Shown here in pieces: positions 11,129 to 24,067 of a stretch of 64,000 nucleotides of DNA; positions within the stretch are counted from its first letter, which is position 1; every line of letters starts with the position of its first letter. This DNA is from Octopus sinensis (taxonomy: Eukaryota). The DNA lies in contig NC_043016.1 of the NCBI RefSeq assembly GCF_006345805.1, positions 17,918,001-17,982,000 on the forward strand, in the 5' to 3' direction. Under the pieces are notes generated by a model. That model was given only the letters and a program-made list of their open reading frames with translations. It made no database searches and was not told where the DNA came from. Made by a program: the position numbers and the translations under genes.

Positions 11129-12334
11129 CACACACACATATGCATCTGTATGTGCATTTGTGTATCAATAGCCATTCATAAACACCCACACATATGTATA
11201 TATTCATACAGTAGCACATTTACATGCATATATATGCATCTGTTCTGCAGCTGCATTTGGCGTCACATTACTCTTTGTCGGATGGTTTTTACTGATTTTT
11301 ATCATAATTTATAAATATTTTCTTCCATCTTATAACAACATATATTATTCACTTCCCTCACCCATGAAGAGCACTTAGTCAGAAATTATTTAATGGCATC
11401 AACAAGGGCTCACAAATAACAACAACACTTGAAAATATATGAAAATATATAAAGAAAAAAACTAATACCAACTTAAACAACAATGGTAGCAAGCTGAAAA
11501 ACATCAATTGATTTATATATACATGTGTATATATATATATATAAAATTATGATGTGTGTAAATAAGCATATAACTGTAAATAACCAATATGTTGACAGAC
11601 ATATTTATTACATGTTTATGTATGTGCATTTATAAATCTGTGTATGCATCTAATATGTATGTATGTATGTATGTATATATATAGGTATATATGTATGTAT
11701 ATAGGTATATATATATATGGTGTATATATATTATATATATATGTATATATTTATATGTATGTAGTATGTATGTATGTATGTATATATGTAAGTATATATG
11801 TATATATATATATATATTATACATATATATTATATATATATAATAATATATATATATATATATATGTACATAAAATTGCTACCAGTTGAGAACTCTGCAT
11901 ACTGGAAGCCAGAAAGTTTTTTTATGACACACATTATAAATCTAGTTTTTTATGACAGCCAATTTAAGGTCCTGAATGGTTTCATGCAGGAAAACTTCCA
12001 AGATAAGAACAGAAAAATCAACAATCATCAGACATAGTTAAAAGGTTTTGTGTTGCTGAGGGTGGGGGACTGGATGGATGGATGGATTGATGCTGGACAT
12101 AAATTTGTATGTGTATATATAAGAGGAAGAGCAGACAAAGAGAAGAAGGGAGACACAGTAAAATTAGAACATCATCATCATCATCATCATTTAACGTCCA
12201 CCTTCTATGCTGGCATGGGTGGGAAGTCTCTACTGAATAGTTTGTTTGCAGTTCAGAGAAGTTCAACATTCTCATTATGCTGATCGTCTACAAGAAATGC
12301 AGTTTATACAAATTGTGAATCTGTAAATATTCTT

Positions 12335-12985
12335 TTCTACTCTAGGCATAAGGCCCAAAATCTTGGGGTGTGGGGGCCAGTTGATTAGATTGATCCCAGT
12401 ACACAACTATCGCTTAATTTATTGACCCCTAAAAGGATGACAGGCAAAGTCAACCTCAGTGAAATTTGAACTCAGAGCGCAAAGACAGATGAAATACTGC
12501 TAAGCATTTCATCCGGTGTGCTAACATTTCTTATTTCTTTATTGCCCACAAGGGGCTAATCATAGAGGGGACAGACAAGGATTAAGTCGATTAGATCGAC
12601 TCCAGTGCGTAACTAGTACTTAATTTATCGACCCCGAAAGGATGAAAGGCAAAATCGACCTCGGTGGAATTTGAACTCAGAACGTAACGGCAGACGAAAT
12701 ACCACTAAGCATTTTGTCCGGTGTGCCAACGTTTCTGCCAGCTCACTGCCTTAGAATCTGTGAATTTTCTTTTCTACTCTAGGCACAAGGCCTGGAATTT
12801 TGGGGGAGGGGACCAGTTGATTAGATCTACGCCAGTATGCAACTGGTACTTAATTTATTGACCCCCGAAAGGATGAAAGGCAAAGTCAACCTCGGTGGAA
12901 TTTGAACTCAGAACGTAAAGTCAGATGAAACACCACTAAGCATTTCATCTCGTGTGCGTTTCTGCCAGCTCACTGCCTTAGAAGC
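12335..12985 (-). mobile_element. Three tandem copies of tRNA-derived SINE family B
   Basis: gaaaggatgaaaggcaaagtcgacctcgg.ggaatttgaactcagaacg recurs three times, at about 12430, 12635 and 12870. Confidence 0.9.
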
Positions 12986-13379
12986 TGTAAATATTAAAGG
13001 GGTGCGTGTATAATGCATAAAGTAACAAATACAGCATGGATTCAATTGCATGTTGGCCAAGCATCACACTAAATATCTTTCTCTCTCTTTACTCAACCAT
13101 CCCATTTAGAGCAATGATTATTTTTCAATAATTGCTAGCAAATATAACTGCACTCATATCTGCACAATTTCAAGACATCCAGTGTCAATTGCTGGATTGA
13201 TTTTTAGGCAATCAACCTCATCTCTCAGGGATTCTACCCACAGATATGTAACGTTGCACTTCCTTCTGTCCACTAATGTTTCCACTGTCCACACAATTAG
13301 ATAACACCCACTTATCTGAGAAAGGAAAAGTCACCAACTTCAAACAATAAGAGTATCATAACTATGATACTCTTATTGT

Positions 13380-13790
13380 GGAGTGGTTGTGTGGTAAATA
13401 GCTTGTTTACCAACCACATGGTTCCGGGTCAGTCCCACTGCGTGGTGGCACCTTGGCAAGTGTCTTCTACTATAGCCTCGGGCCGACCAAAGCCTGTGAG
13501 TGGATTTGGTAGATGGAAACTGAAAGAAGCCCGTCGTATATATGTATAATATATATGTGCGTGTATGTTTGTGTGTCTGATTTTATCCCCCCTAGCATTG
13601 CCTGACACCGATGCTGTATGTTTATGTCCCCGTTACTTAGCGGTTCGGCAAAAAAGAGACCGAGAGAATAAGTACTGGGCTTACAAAAGAATAAGTCCCG
13701 GGGTCGAGTTGCTCGATTTTAAAGGCGGTGCTCCAGCATGGCCGCAGTCAAATGACGATGAACAAGTAAAAGAGTAAAAGAGAGTAAGAG
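13380..13790 (+). mobile_element. SINE family A (near full length)
   Basis: gagtggttgtgtggtaaatagcttg...ccagcatggccgcagtcaaatgac...aacaagtaaaagag. Confidence 0.88.
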
Positions 13791-15062
13791 TATGTCAACA
13801 CATCAGGAAAGAGTTGACTGAGAGATGTAACCCTGTTGGAATCCTTTGATCAGTTAATGAAATCGTTCATCCTTTGTGTAAGGGCAGCGATGTATGAATT
13901 TGCAATTTGTTCAATCAGAATTACTTATAATGTATTACAAAAATGTAATATAATAGTGTTGTCAGTTTAAAGATTTCTGACAGACCAATCATTTGTTCAT
14001 TTTATTTCCAACTGTGATGGTGACAAGGGAGTGCCTGTGTAACATAGTGCAGAACAAATATCAACAAACGACTACATTCAAAGAGCACTGGTTTGAGGTT
14101 ATTCTCTCACCACACTGTGTGTGTGCACGTGCATGCACACACATACACACGCACAAATATATGAGAAGATAGGTAGATGGATAAGTAGGTAGGTAGGTCA
14201 GTGTGTCGGTCGGTAGGTAGGTAGGTAGATAGATAGGTAAGCAGGTAGGTAGGTAGGTAAATAGATAGATAGGTAGGTAGGTGGGTGGGTGTGTGCACTC
14301 AGAGAGCACTCTGCTGAGTGGTTGGTGTTAGGAAGGGCATCCAACTGTAAAAATCCTCCCAAAACAGTCAGAGAAGTCTGGTACAGGCTTCTGCCCGGCC
14401 AGCTCTTGTGGTACTGTCCCACCCATACTAGCATGGAGGGTGGATGTTAAATGTTGATGATAATGATGAGAGTTGAAATATCACAGATAAATTTAGTATA
14501 CATAGCCTCTGGTGAGAACAAGAATAATCTCTTAGAGAAAAAGTTGGTGTCTGAAAATATCTTTTGGCTTAAAAGACAGCCTTCAGCCAAAATAAGAAAA
14601 TTCCCTATAGAGAGCTGAACCTTAGGGTTTTTATATGCTCACTAAAATGTTCTAGAATATTCCATTAGATTGACTTTTTTATGTCAGTGCCTATTAAAAT
14701 CAGGTATCAATGATGATTGACAGGAAAAAATATTAGTTGGTGTTACAAAAAGAATTCAGAAATAAAACCAAAATGAACTCTGATTAACATTACCAAATAT
14801 GCTAATGTTACTCCCTAGTGGTTTTGAATTTTAAGCTTAAACATTCCAGGTTCAATTTTGTGGAATAAGTATTGGTACATCTGAGGGTATGGTACCTCAT
14901 TCCATGCTAAAAAGTTATAGTGAAACAGAGAGAAGAAACAGGTGCCTTGTTGTAGGTGGGGGGTATATGGATACCCAGCAAATGAGAGAGAAATGAGGAC
15001 AGAAACGGGTGCGCTGCTGAAAAGGAGGTACATGGTTACCCAACCTGAGGAATGAGCAGGAG

Positions 15063-15103
<41 letters not shown>

Positions 15104-15262
15104 AGGAGAAAGATGGTGGGAAAATGCCAGGCAAACTCGCAAGGGACAGGGATTAGAATATAAATGGGATGGTTAAGTAATGCAGGAGAAAGATAGTGTC
15201 AAAAATGCCAGACATACTCACAAGAAATGGGGATCAGGATATAAATGGGGTCAAGTAAAAGA

Positions 15263-15302
<40 letters not shown>

Positions 15303-15654
15303 TTCCTCGAAATCAAACCTGGAATGATTAAGTTTAAGATTTTAAACATTAGAAAAGCTGTTCTTGCCCTCAAATCGCTTTTTTTTTTTTGCGCATATAG
15401 AAATTAGGGCTCCCTAAGGTATCCTGAACAAAAATATACAGCTATATCATTGATATTCCAGAATTTCTTGTTCCAGAACCTTGAGAGATTAACTGTTTCA
15501 CTGGATCATCTGTCGTCATTTAATTAATGATAATTCATCAGCTCCAACCTGCTAATTTATAGACTAATTACTAATTATATGGCACATGTACAGCAACACT
15601 CATCCATCTTTTATTTTTTTTTTAAGCAGTTCCACTTTATTAATGCTTATGTTT

Positions 15655-16137
15655 GAAGGCAGCAAGATGGCAGAGTCATTAACACATCAGGCAAAATGCT
15701 GAGTAGCATTTCATATGTCTTCACGTTCTGAGTTCAAATTCCACCAAAGTTAACTGCTTTTCATCTTTACAGGGTTAACCAAATAAGTACCAGTTGAGCA
15801 CTGGAGGCAATGTAATCAACAAGTCCCTCCTCAAAAATTTCAGGCCTTGTGCCTATAGTAGAAAGGATTAATACTCTCTCTTTACTTGTTTCAGTCATTT
15901 GACTGTGGCCATACTGGAGCACTGCCTTTAGTCGAGCAAATCAACCTTAGGACTTTTTCTTTTGTAAGCCTAGTACTTATTCTATCAGTCTCTTTTGCCG
16001 AACCACTAAGTTACAGGATATAAACTACCACCATCGGTTGTCAAGCATGTTGGGGGGGGGGGAACAAACACAGACACACAAATACATGCACATATATATA
16101 CATATATATATATATATATGTGTGTGTATATATATTT

Positions 16138-16182
<45 letters not shown>

Positions 16183-16335
16183 CTTCTTTCAGTTTCCGTC
16201 TTCCAAATCCACTCACAAGGCTTTGGTCGGCCCAAGGCTATAGTAGAAGACACTTGCCCAAGGTGCTAGCAGTGGGAATGAACCCGGAACAATGTGGTTG
16301 GTAAGCAAGCTACTTACCACACAGCCACTCCTGTG
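15655..16335. mobile_element. SINE B (+, 15655-15870) tail-to-tail with SINE A (-, 15874-16335)
   Basis: Diagnostic family motifs are present in both parts. Confidence 0.85.
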
Positions 16336-18084
16336 CCAAACATAAACATAATATTTATGTTTGACACAAACACTGACACTATCATGTCTCTTACCTCTCA
16401 GAGCCAAAGCTAAAGGGAAACTTTAAGCCTTAATAAGCAGAGGATCTCTCAAAATTTTGGTACTGCCACTAATAAATATAGTATAAATATTGCATGTAAA
16501 CACACACTACACATGACATCACATGAAGTCACTCAGGGAACTAGACTGGTGGTTATGGAGATTTCAAGTTCCTCCTCGCAATATATCTGGATTAAAGGAG
16601 GTGTCGGACCATTAATTGCCGGAAAATCGATGGTGCGTGTGTACAACATTATTAACGTCACTGATGCATTACACATTTTCCCAAATATTCACCTTATGAA
16701 ACAGGTAGAAAACTAACACAGCAGTTTATGTGTTTATTTTAAAGACAGATATTGAAGAATGAAAGTAATTAAAGAACACTAATATTCAATAATGAAATTA
16801 TTTAAAGAACAAATGTATTTGGATAATGGTATTATTTAAAGAATAGAATTATTTGCTATTGAAAATACTTAAAAGAAGAAAGTGTTAGATATGGAAAGTA
16901 ATTAGAAAAAAAAAAACCAATACATTTAATACCGAAAGTAAATCAGTGTGACTAGCATTGTACTGAAACACAATTCTAGTTGTTGTAATGATGATAATGA
17001 AATAAAAATAAACGAACATCTCAGCTACCAATTAATATTGTTCTCTTTCACTCATTTATTCAGTGCCTAATATCTTTACACATGATTGCCATAATTGGTG
17101 ACTTCCTTTGTTTTATAAACTTGTAGCAAGCATGTTCACAGTTTGTCGCTTTATCTTTAAGTACCCACATTTTGGCTCATCGCCATTGCTTTCTGCAGGT
17201 GGTCACATGACCATAACTGTTCATGCCTATTGGATGCATTAAGTCATTCAATGAGACCTCATGTCTGACCACAAAAGTGTGGTCCTTTTTGAGCCTACCC
17301 TTAGCTATTTAAGGAGGCCTTTTCCCACTATTTTCTTCAATGAGGTCGGTCGACACAGTGAAGTTCAGATCTTTGGCAGAGAGCACGTTTTATTCTGCTA
17401 CACATTCGCCGTGAGGAGAGAACTGTCAGCAGAGATTTTTGCCATTTTGTCCCCATGCTCCGTGTTTTTCCCACACGCATCTTCATGTTCAATCTGCAAG
17501 AGGAACCAATGCATTTTTATTAACAGAATTATTCATGTGTACCAGTTCACTGTATCTTCTATTAGCGGTGAAATAAATGTGGCAGTCAATTTTAATTTGG
17601 TATTTCTTGATGTTCTTTATCATGACTCGTTTGAAACCAGAAGATTATAATATTACCAAAGCCTTAGCCAACTTCACCTTTTTCACCTTGTTAAAAACTG
17701 TTCAAATTGGATCTTGCACTTAACCTCTACAAACTGGTGATGCCAACTTGAAAACATGCCCACATATAAAGTGATACTCTTAACCCTTACAAATTGGCAA
17801 TTCCAAGGTTCATTGATCATTGCAACATGATTGTTACAAACTGGTGACTACCAATGTTTATTGATCATGACAAATCGGTGACCCGAACATTTCATAGTCA
17901 TTACAGACCTTATTTATCAATGGCTTTGTCAAAACAGTTTATTGTATGCTTCATATATTAGCATCAAAATAATATCTCAGCAAATTCTGTCATGTTTATA
18001 AAGCCATTTATTCCCAATACACATTATTTCTTGCTATCTTTTCTCTTTTGTCTTAATCAAAATAATATTTTAATATTTTCTGAA

Positions 18085-18775
18085 ATTAAGGTGGCGAGCT
18101 AGCAGTAACATTAACACGCCAGGAGAAATGCTTAGCAGTATTTCGTCTGTCTTCATGTTCTGAGTTCAAATTCTATTGAGGTCAATGTTGCCTTTCATCC
18201 CTTCAGAGTCGATAAATTAAGTACCAGTTGCATATTGGGATTAATCTAATCGACTGGCCCTCTTCCCAAAAATTGCAGGCTTTGTGCCTTGAGTAGAAAA
18301 GAATATCAGAAGGTGACAAGCTGGCAGAAATGTTAGCACCCCAGGTAAAATTTTTAGTGGCATTTCATCCGCCTTTACGTTCTGGGTTCAAATTCCGCCA
18401 AGATCAACATTACCTTTTATCCTTTCAGGGTTGATAAATTAAGTACCAGTTATGTACTGGGGTCGATCTAATTGACTGGCCCCTTCCCCAAAAATTTCAG
18501 GCCTTGTGCCTAGAGTAGAAAAGAATATTATCTGAAATTATGAGGTGGCAAGCTGGCAGAAACATTAGCACACAAGACAAAACGCGAGGACAAAATGCTA
18601 AGTAGCATCTTGTCCATCTTTAAATTCTGAGTTCAAATTTCACTGATGTCAACTTTACCTTTCATCCTTTCAGGGTTGATAAAATAAATACCATTTGAAC
18701 ACTGAAGATGATATAATCAGCTTATCCTTCCTCCTAAATTGCTGGCTTTGTGCCAAAATTTGAAATCATTATTTT
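18085..18775 (+). mobile_element. Three tandem SINE family B copies just upstream of exon A
   Basis: gtggc.agct.gcaga...gttctgagttcaaattc...ttcatcc.ttcagg occurs at about 18090, 18310 and 18545. Confidence 0.9.
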
Positions 18776-18832
18776 TCTGAAATTGTCTTACTAAAAGATA
18801 TCTTTTCTTTTCTTTCTTTTTTTTTTCACCAG

Positions 18833-19277
18833 GTTTCATATGGGCTGAATGCAAACAACTTTGGGAAGAAGGGCTAAAAGCATATGTTCGCCAATGGTGG
18901 AATTGGCTTGATTTTATAATGTTATCACTTTACCTGGCTACATTCTCATTACGAATCGTGGCTTATATTCAAGTAGAATCAGGGAAATATGGACCCGATA
19001 ACATGCAAAGGAAAAACTGGCCAGTCAATGACCCAACACTTATATCTGAAGGACTTTTTGCAGTAGCAAATGTTTTTAGTTTTGCTCGAATTATATTTTT
19101 GTTTCAAGCGAATCAACACCTCGGGCCATTACAAATATCATTAGGTTGCATGTTGATAGATATTGCAAAGTTTTTATTTATATTCTTCTTGGTTTTAACG
19201 TCATTTGCGTGTGGTCTAAATCAGCTATATTGGTACTACAACCCAAGCAATAACCCAGGAAATCGAGCATTTTCAAC
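18833..19277 (+). CDS. TRPC: TRPC channel exon A (S2-S5 and start of pore turret); internal exon, phase 1/2
   Basis: Acceptor ttttttcaccAG at 18831-32 and donor AC|GTAAGT at 19278. Translates (G)[40 protein letters not shown]...[71 protein letters not shown]...RAFS, matching the TRPC WN.LD, DP.L..EGLFA and LGPLQISLG motifs. Confidence 0.97.
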
Positions 19278-19339
19278 GTAAGTATATATATATATATAAT
19301 CTTTACTTTGTTTCAGTTTTTTCTTGTTCATATATATTC

Positions 19340-19735
19340 TTTTATTCTTTTATTTGTTTCAGTCATTCGACTGCGACCATGCTGGAGCACCGTTTTAGTC
19401 GAGCAAATCGACTCCGGGACTTATTCTTTGTAAGCCTAGTACTTATTCTATCGGTCTCTTTTGCCGAACTGCTAAGTTACGGGGACGTAAACACACCAGC
19501 ATTGGTTGTCAAGCGATGTTGGGGGGACAAACACAGACACACAAACATATACATACATATATATATATATATGGTGGGCTTCTTTCAGTTTTTGTCTACC
19601 AAATCCACTCATAAGGTTTTGGTCGGCCCAAGGCTATAGCAGAAGATACTTGCCCAAGGTGCCACGCAGTGGGACTGAACCTGGAACCATGTGGTTGGTA
19701 AGCAAGTTACTTACCACACAGCCACTCCTGCACCT
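19340..19735 (-). mobile_element. SINE family A just downstream of exon A
   Basis: Full family A motif set in reverse orientation. Other family A copies lie at about 30895-31345, 36795-37150, 37625-37830, 57065-57243, 59246-59640 (-) and 55983-56300 (+). Confidence 0.88.
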
Positions 19736-20051
19736 ATATATGTGTGTGTGTGTGTGTGTTTGTTTAAATAGAAGTACATTACATTGTGTGTGTGTGTAGT
19801 AATGGGTGATCCCTTTTTCATCTTTTCAAAGAAAGCCCAATTGTTATTAGTGTTATTGTGGTTGTTGTTGATGGTGGTGATGTTGTTTTGTTGTTGTTTA
19901 ATTCCATGTCTGTCCTGTTGGTTTGAGATTGAAGTTATCATCATACTGACCAAAGCAAATATTAAAAAAATGAAACTTACTCCCTACTTATATTTTATAT
20001 TTAATTATTATTCCAGGGAATGCCACCTCCTTTTGCTTTGCTTAACTATTA

Positions 20052-20280
20052 TTAACCCCTCAGCATTCAGATTATTCTATCAAATGTAAAGCTTATTTAA
20101 TTAACATTGTTTTCAATTTATCATCCATTATTTCATAGCTTTGAGATTTCAATGGTGTGATTGTTTACTTTTAGAATGACATTACATGATAGTTGTGAGA
20201 GGCCTGATCTAGTCAGTTTGAACATAAAACCGGTAGAATATTTGGGTCGGATATGAACAGTTTGAATACTAAATGGTTAA
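20052..20280. mobile_element. piggyBac-like MITE family P1 with TTAA ends
   Basis: TTAA-CCCCTCAGCATTCAGA...TACTAAATGG-TTAA. Sister copies lie at 51417-51645 and 59881-60606. Confidence 0.75.
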
Positions 20281-20404
20281 ACATTACACATAATTGTAAC
20301 TTTTTCTTCATCACTAAGGCAGAAAATTAAATTAGAATATCTTAGCTTACTACACCAAGTGTGTTAGCATCTACTTTACTATGGGTAAATGGTGCAAAAA
20401 TTAT

Positions 20405-20600
20405 CTGAAGGCAGTGAAACACATCAGACAAAATGCCTAGTGCTATTTCTTATGACTCTTTATGTTCTGAGCTCAAATCCCACCAAGGTCAGCATTGCCT
20501 TACATCTCTCCAGGGTTGATAAAATAAAGAACCAATCAGTTACTAGAGTTGATGTGATCAACTTGAACCCCTCTCCATCAAAATTGCTGGCTTTGAACAG
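20405..20600 (+). mobile_element. SINE family B (degenerate)
   Basis: gttctgagctcaaatcccaccaaggtcagcattgcctt. Other family B copies lie at about 24128-24255 (-) and 25440-25655, 27210-27585, 32640-32840, 35685-35905, 55180-55310, 59680-59870 (+). Confidence 0.75.
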
Positions 20601-20634
20601 ACCTAAACATAACAGCATTAGGAATGGATTGTAT

Positions 20635-21530
20635 AAATGTATGTAGCCTGAGGACATCTTGGAAGCAGGAGTGCTTGCTCAATGATGTCAGGTCATTAGC
20701 TATGGATGTGTTAGCCATCAGTGAGACCAAGATTGCTAAGGGATCCATTTTTCAAGGAATTTGAGATCTATACATCTCTGAGCTGACCAGGAATAGAAGT
20801 CAGAGTAGCAGTGTTGTTTCAGAAAGGTTCAAATCTCTATATATAGTCAATCTTTCTGAACCCAAACAGTAAGTTGGAGGCCCTGGACATTAAAACCAAT
20901 AACAATAAATGCCTTCAGACCAATAGCTTCTTGCACTTTAATAGGGGCAGGGCAGCCAGATTTCTTCAGGTGTCTAGAAGTTTTCCCCAGAAATCCTTTT
21001 CATTGGCGGATGTATGTTTGGATTGTGTGTGGCTAGCTGATAAGGAGATCAGGTATAAGAGTCTCCCAAATCTGCTCAGATGTTTGCAACTGACTGAAAT
21101 TTCTAGAATGCACCCACATCATGGGTAGTTAGCATCAGTCATCTAGACTGGATCTAGATGAAGTATTATGTAAGTCAGGAAACAGGAATAGCATAGGGTG
21201 TCTAGAATTCAAATTAGTCTACTGCACCAACTAGAAATTCGTGATCTGTTCAGTCAGCCTAGAAAGGCTGCATAGACAGAGACACAATTGCTGGAAACTG
21301 AAAATGTCTTTCCCAAAACATCAAGTTTGCAGAGATTGGATTAGAGAACTAATTAAGAGGAAGTTTACAGAGGCAACCAACAATAACCGATGGTGGTAGA
21401 AAGCCTAGAAAAGGATCATTATGTTACAGTTAATAAGGTTTAGTAAGGAAAGAGTGGGAGGAAATTCAAGACTAGAAGGAGAGCTAGTTAGTAACCTAGA
21501 AGAGATGCTTAGAAGCACTTGCGTAGCTGA
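20635..21530 (+). mobile_element. Degenerate Tx1/L1-clade LINE ORF2 endonuclease (APE) fragment
   Basis: Across frameshifts it reads VCSLRTSWKQECLLNDVRSLAMDVLAISETK, SRLDLDEVLC and NCWKL, which resemble APE N-terminal and SRLD/WKLN motifs. Confidence 0.6.
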
Positions 21531-23471
21531 GAGGGAGGGCAGTAGGGGTGGCACTTTTAAAGGGGTACCACTTTTGGGTCTGCTGTAGGCAACGTGTTTT
21601 TTGTGGGGTCCAGGGCTGGCAAACGGAAGGGCCACCCTGGGCAGCACACACTCTGGTTATGTTAGTGCCTAGGAGGGGCATTGCAACTGATGTGCGTATA
21701 GTAAAATTGGTTCTTGACCAGTTCTTCTATGCTTAGCACGAAAATTGCATTGTTATGTGCTTTAAGACATGAGGGAATGAAAACCATTTGATGGGCCCTG
21801 ATGACAGAGACACAACATGGCAACAAAGCCACAGTTGAGGTAGATAAGTTCTAGATACTAAAAATAAGTAATCTTCACACCAGTAATCCAGCATGGCCAG
21901 TGACTGCAGACCAAAGACTGCAGTGAGTGAAAGAAAAAATGCACTGTCTATAATACAAAAATATTTTATTTAGTTTTATGGTGTAAAAAAACAAAAATAC
22001 TTAAATGGTTTATTAATTCCCTAATAACATAAACATGGTATCTTTAAGAACTCATAGTGATACACAGATATCAAAATGTACGTCTACACATTTTTGTAAC
22101 GTACATTTTTGTAACTAGATTTGACCCTCTGACCTACATTTTACATTGAACAGTTATACAGATTTTTGATGGTGTGATACATATCTCAAATGCATTATTG
22201 AATACTAAACTTTAACAGGCTGTGAACTTTTGCCTTATTGATACCTTACATGGAACATTAAGTAATTATCTGTGCTCCAAAGGAAAAGGAAAGGAAAGAG
22301 AAACTACTGCATCAGATGGGAAAGTAAAAATGAGGTTGAATTAATTCAGGTTTTTAAGAAAAATAAGAACATTCTATTTATCAGATAAGATGTTCAGCTT
22401 TGTTCTTTTGTTTTTTGTGTTTTGGGAGTATGTTTTTTTTTTACGATCTGGGGTTAACCAAGAGAAAAAATTTGGAAAATAAGACTGATTATTCAATTTC
22501 TGTCAGTGAGTGGGGGTTAAATAAGAGAAAATGAGGAAAATAAGACAAATTACTCTATTTCTTCCGACACGTGCAAGTTAAATAAGACAAATTATTTGAG
22601 TTCTTTCATCAGCTGGGAGGTAAATAAGAGAAAATGAGAAAATAAGAGCATAACTGACAATGAGGTTACTTGCAGCTAAAATTGTGCAGATAGTGAATCT
22701 CAAAGTCGGTTATTTGTTTGGTACCATCAGTGAATTTTGGAGGAATTTATTTTAACTCATGGTATCTGTTGGGTAAGAAAAGGCAGAAAACAAAAACTAT
22801 GTAGATACCATTCGAGCGTGATCGTTACCTGCGTCGCCTTACAAGCACTTGTACTGGTGGCACATGAAAAAAACATTTGAGTGAGATCATTGCCAGTGCC
22901 GCTGGACTGAAAGCACATTTGAACGTGGCCATTGCCAGTACTACCTAACTGGCGCTCGTGCCGGTGGCACGTAAAAGCACCCACTACATTCTCGGAGTGG
23001 TTGGCATTAGGAAGGGCATCCAGCTGTTGAAACTCTGCCAGATCAGATTGGAATCTGGTTCGCCAGACCTCAGTCAAATCGTCCAACCCATGCTAGCATA
23101 GAAAGCGGATGTTAAACGACGCTGATGATGATGATATGAGATTATAATGTTGTGCAGGAACAAGTTGAAACTAGCTATGGAAGTCTGTTGAACAAAAAAA
23201 TTATGACAGTTCAGGAATGTATCCATCATTCTATTTCTTTTGATACAGCAGGAATGATACCAAGCAGTTCTTAAAAAGATATTGACAGATTACCAATAAG
23301 AATAGGCATAAATGATTCCCAGAAAATAGCATCCTTAAAGCAATTGTATCCATATTCAGTTTTTGAACATATTTTCTATAATGTTCATAAATCATTTTCA
23401 TGTAAGAGAGAGATCTTCATGCATGCTTCAAATCATGAGTTACAATCATAATAATAATGATAATAATAATC

Positions 23472-24067
23472 ACAAACTATTTGCCCTAGACTTGCCCAAA
23501 ACTATTGGAAGTTGTGGCAACATGATGAGGTAGCAAAAGTGCTACATTGGAAACTGTACAAAAAGTGAGGACAAGAGAGAGGCAAGATGTGGCATGAGCA
23601 CAAACCAGAGAGTGACGGAGTCAGAGACTAGCAAAATCCTCTGGGATTTCCCAATCCAAACAGGTCAGGTGCTAGAGCATAACAGACCGGACCTAGTGGT
23701 GGTGGACAAGGGGCACCACATGTGCTGTATTGTTAATGTTGCATTCCCCTTTGACCCACGAATAATCAAGAAGAAAGGCAAAAAAATAAATACATCTCTC
23801 TTAAGTATGAAATAGCCCTGCTATGGAAAATGAAGAGGGTGGAGATAGTGCCAATTATTGTTGGGTCCTTGGGAACAGTATCAGAAGGCATCAAGAGGAA
23901 TATAAAGGAAATTGGAATAGAGTACCCGGTAGAACTGTTACTAAAGGTTTGCCTCCTTGGTACGGTCAGAATAATCAGGAATGTATTAGTTAAAAAGAAC
24001 AGATAGCATGGTACCATAGGCTGCAGGCAGCAAACCCACTATGCTTGCAAAACTCCAGGATAAAAAG
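23472..24067 (+). mobile_element. R4/Dong-type (restriction-like endonuclease) LINE 3' end in (AAT)n
   Basis: HDEVAKVLHWKLY...ILWDFPIQT...HNRPDLVVVDK...VPIIVGSLGTV...LLGTVRIIRNVL. (AAT)n runs flank it at about 23447-23470 and 24068-24128. Confidence 0.8.

Noticed and set aside
12335-12985. Regularly spaced repeats resembling a CRISPR array
   Set aside because: They are tandem SINE copies of about 210 bp with no unique spacers, in a eukaryotic context with no cas genes.
16513-16716. 67-aa non-repetitive ORF
   Set aside because: It has no recognisable motif, no convincing acceptor, and does not fit the TRPC sequence.
17200-17720. Possible pogo/Tigger transposase remnant on minus (KLAKAL...FK...IKNIKKYQIK)
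   Set aside because: The CENP-B-like match needs several assumed indels and there are many stops, so it is not supportable without an HMM search.
1-18832. Upstream TRPC exons (ankyrin repeats, S1)
   Set aside because: No segment with TRPC motifs and a phase-1 donor was found. The exons are presumed to lie upstream of the window, although a very short exon could have been missed.
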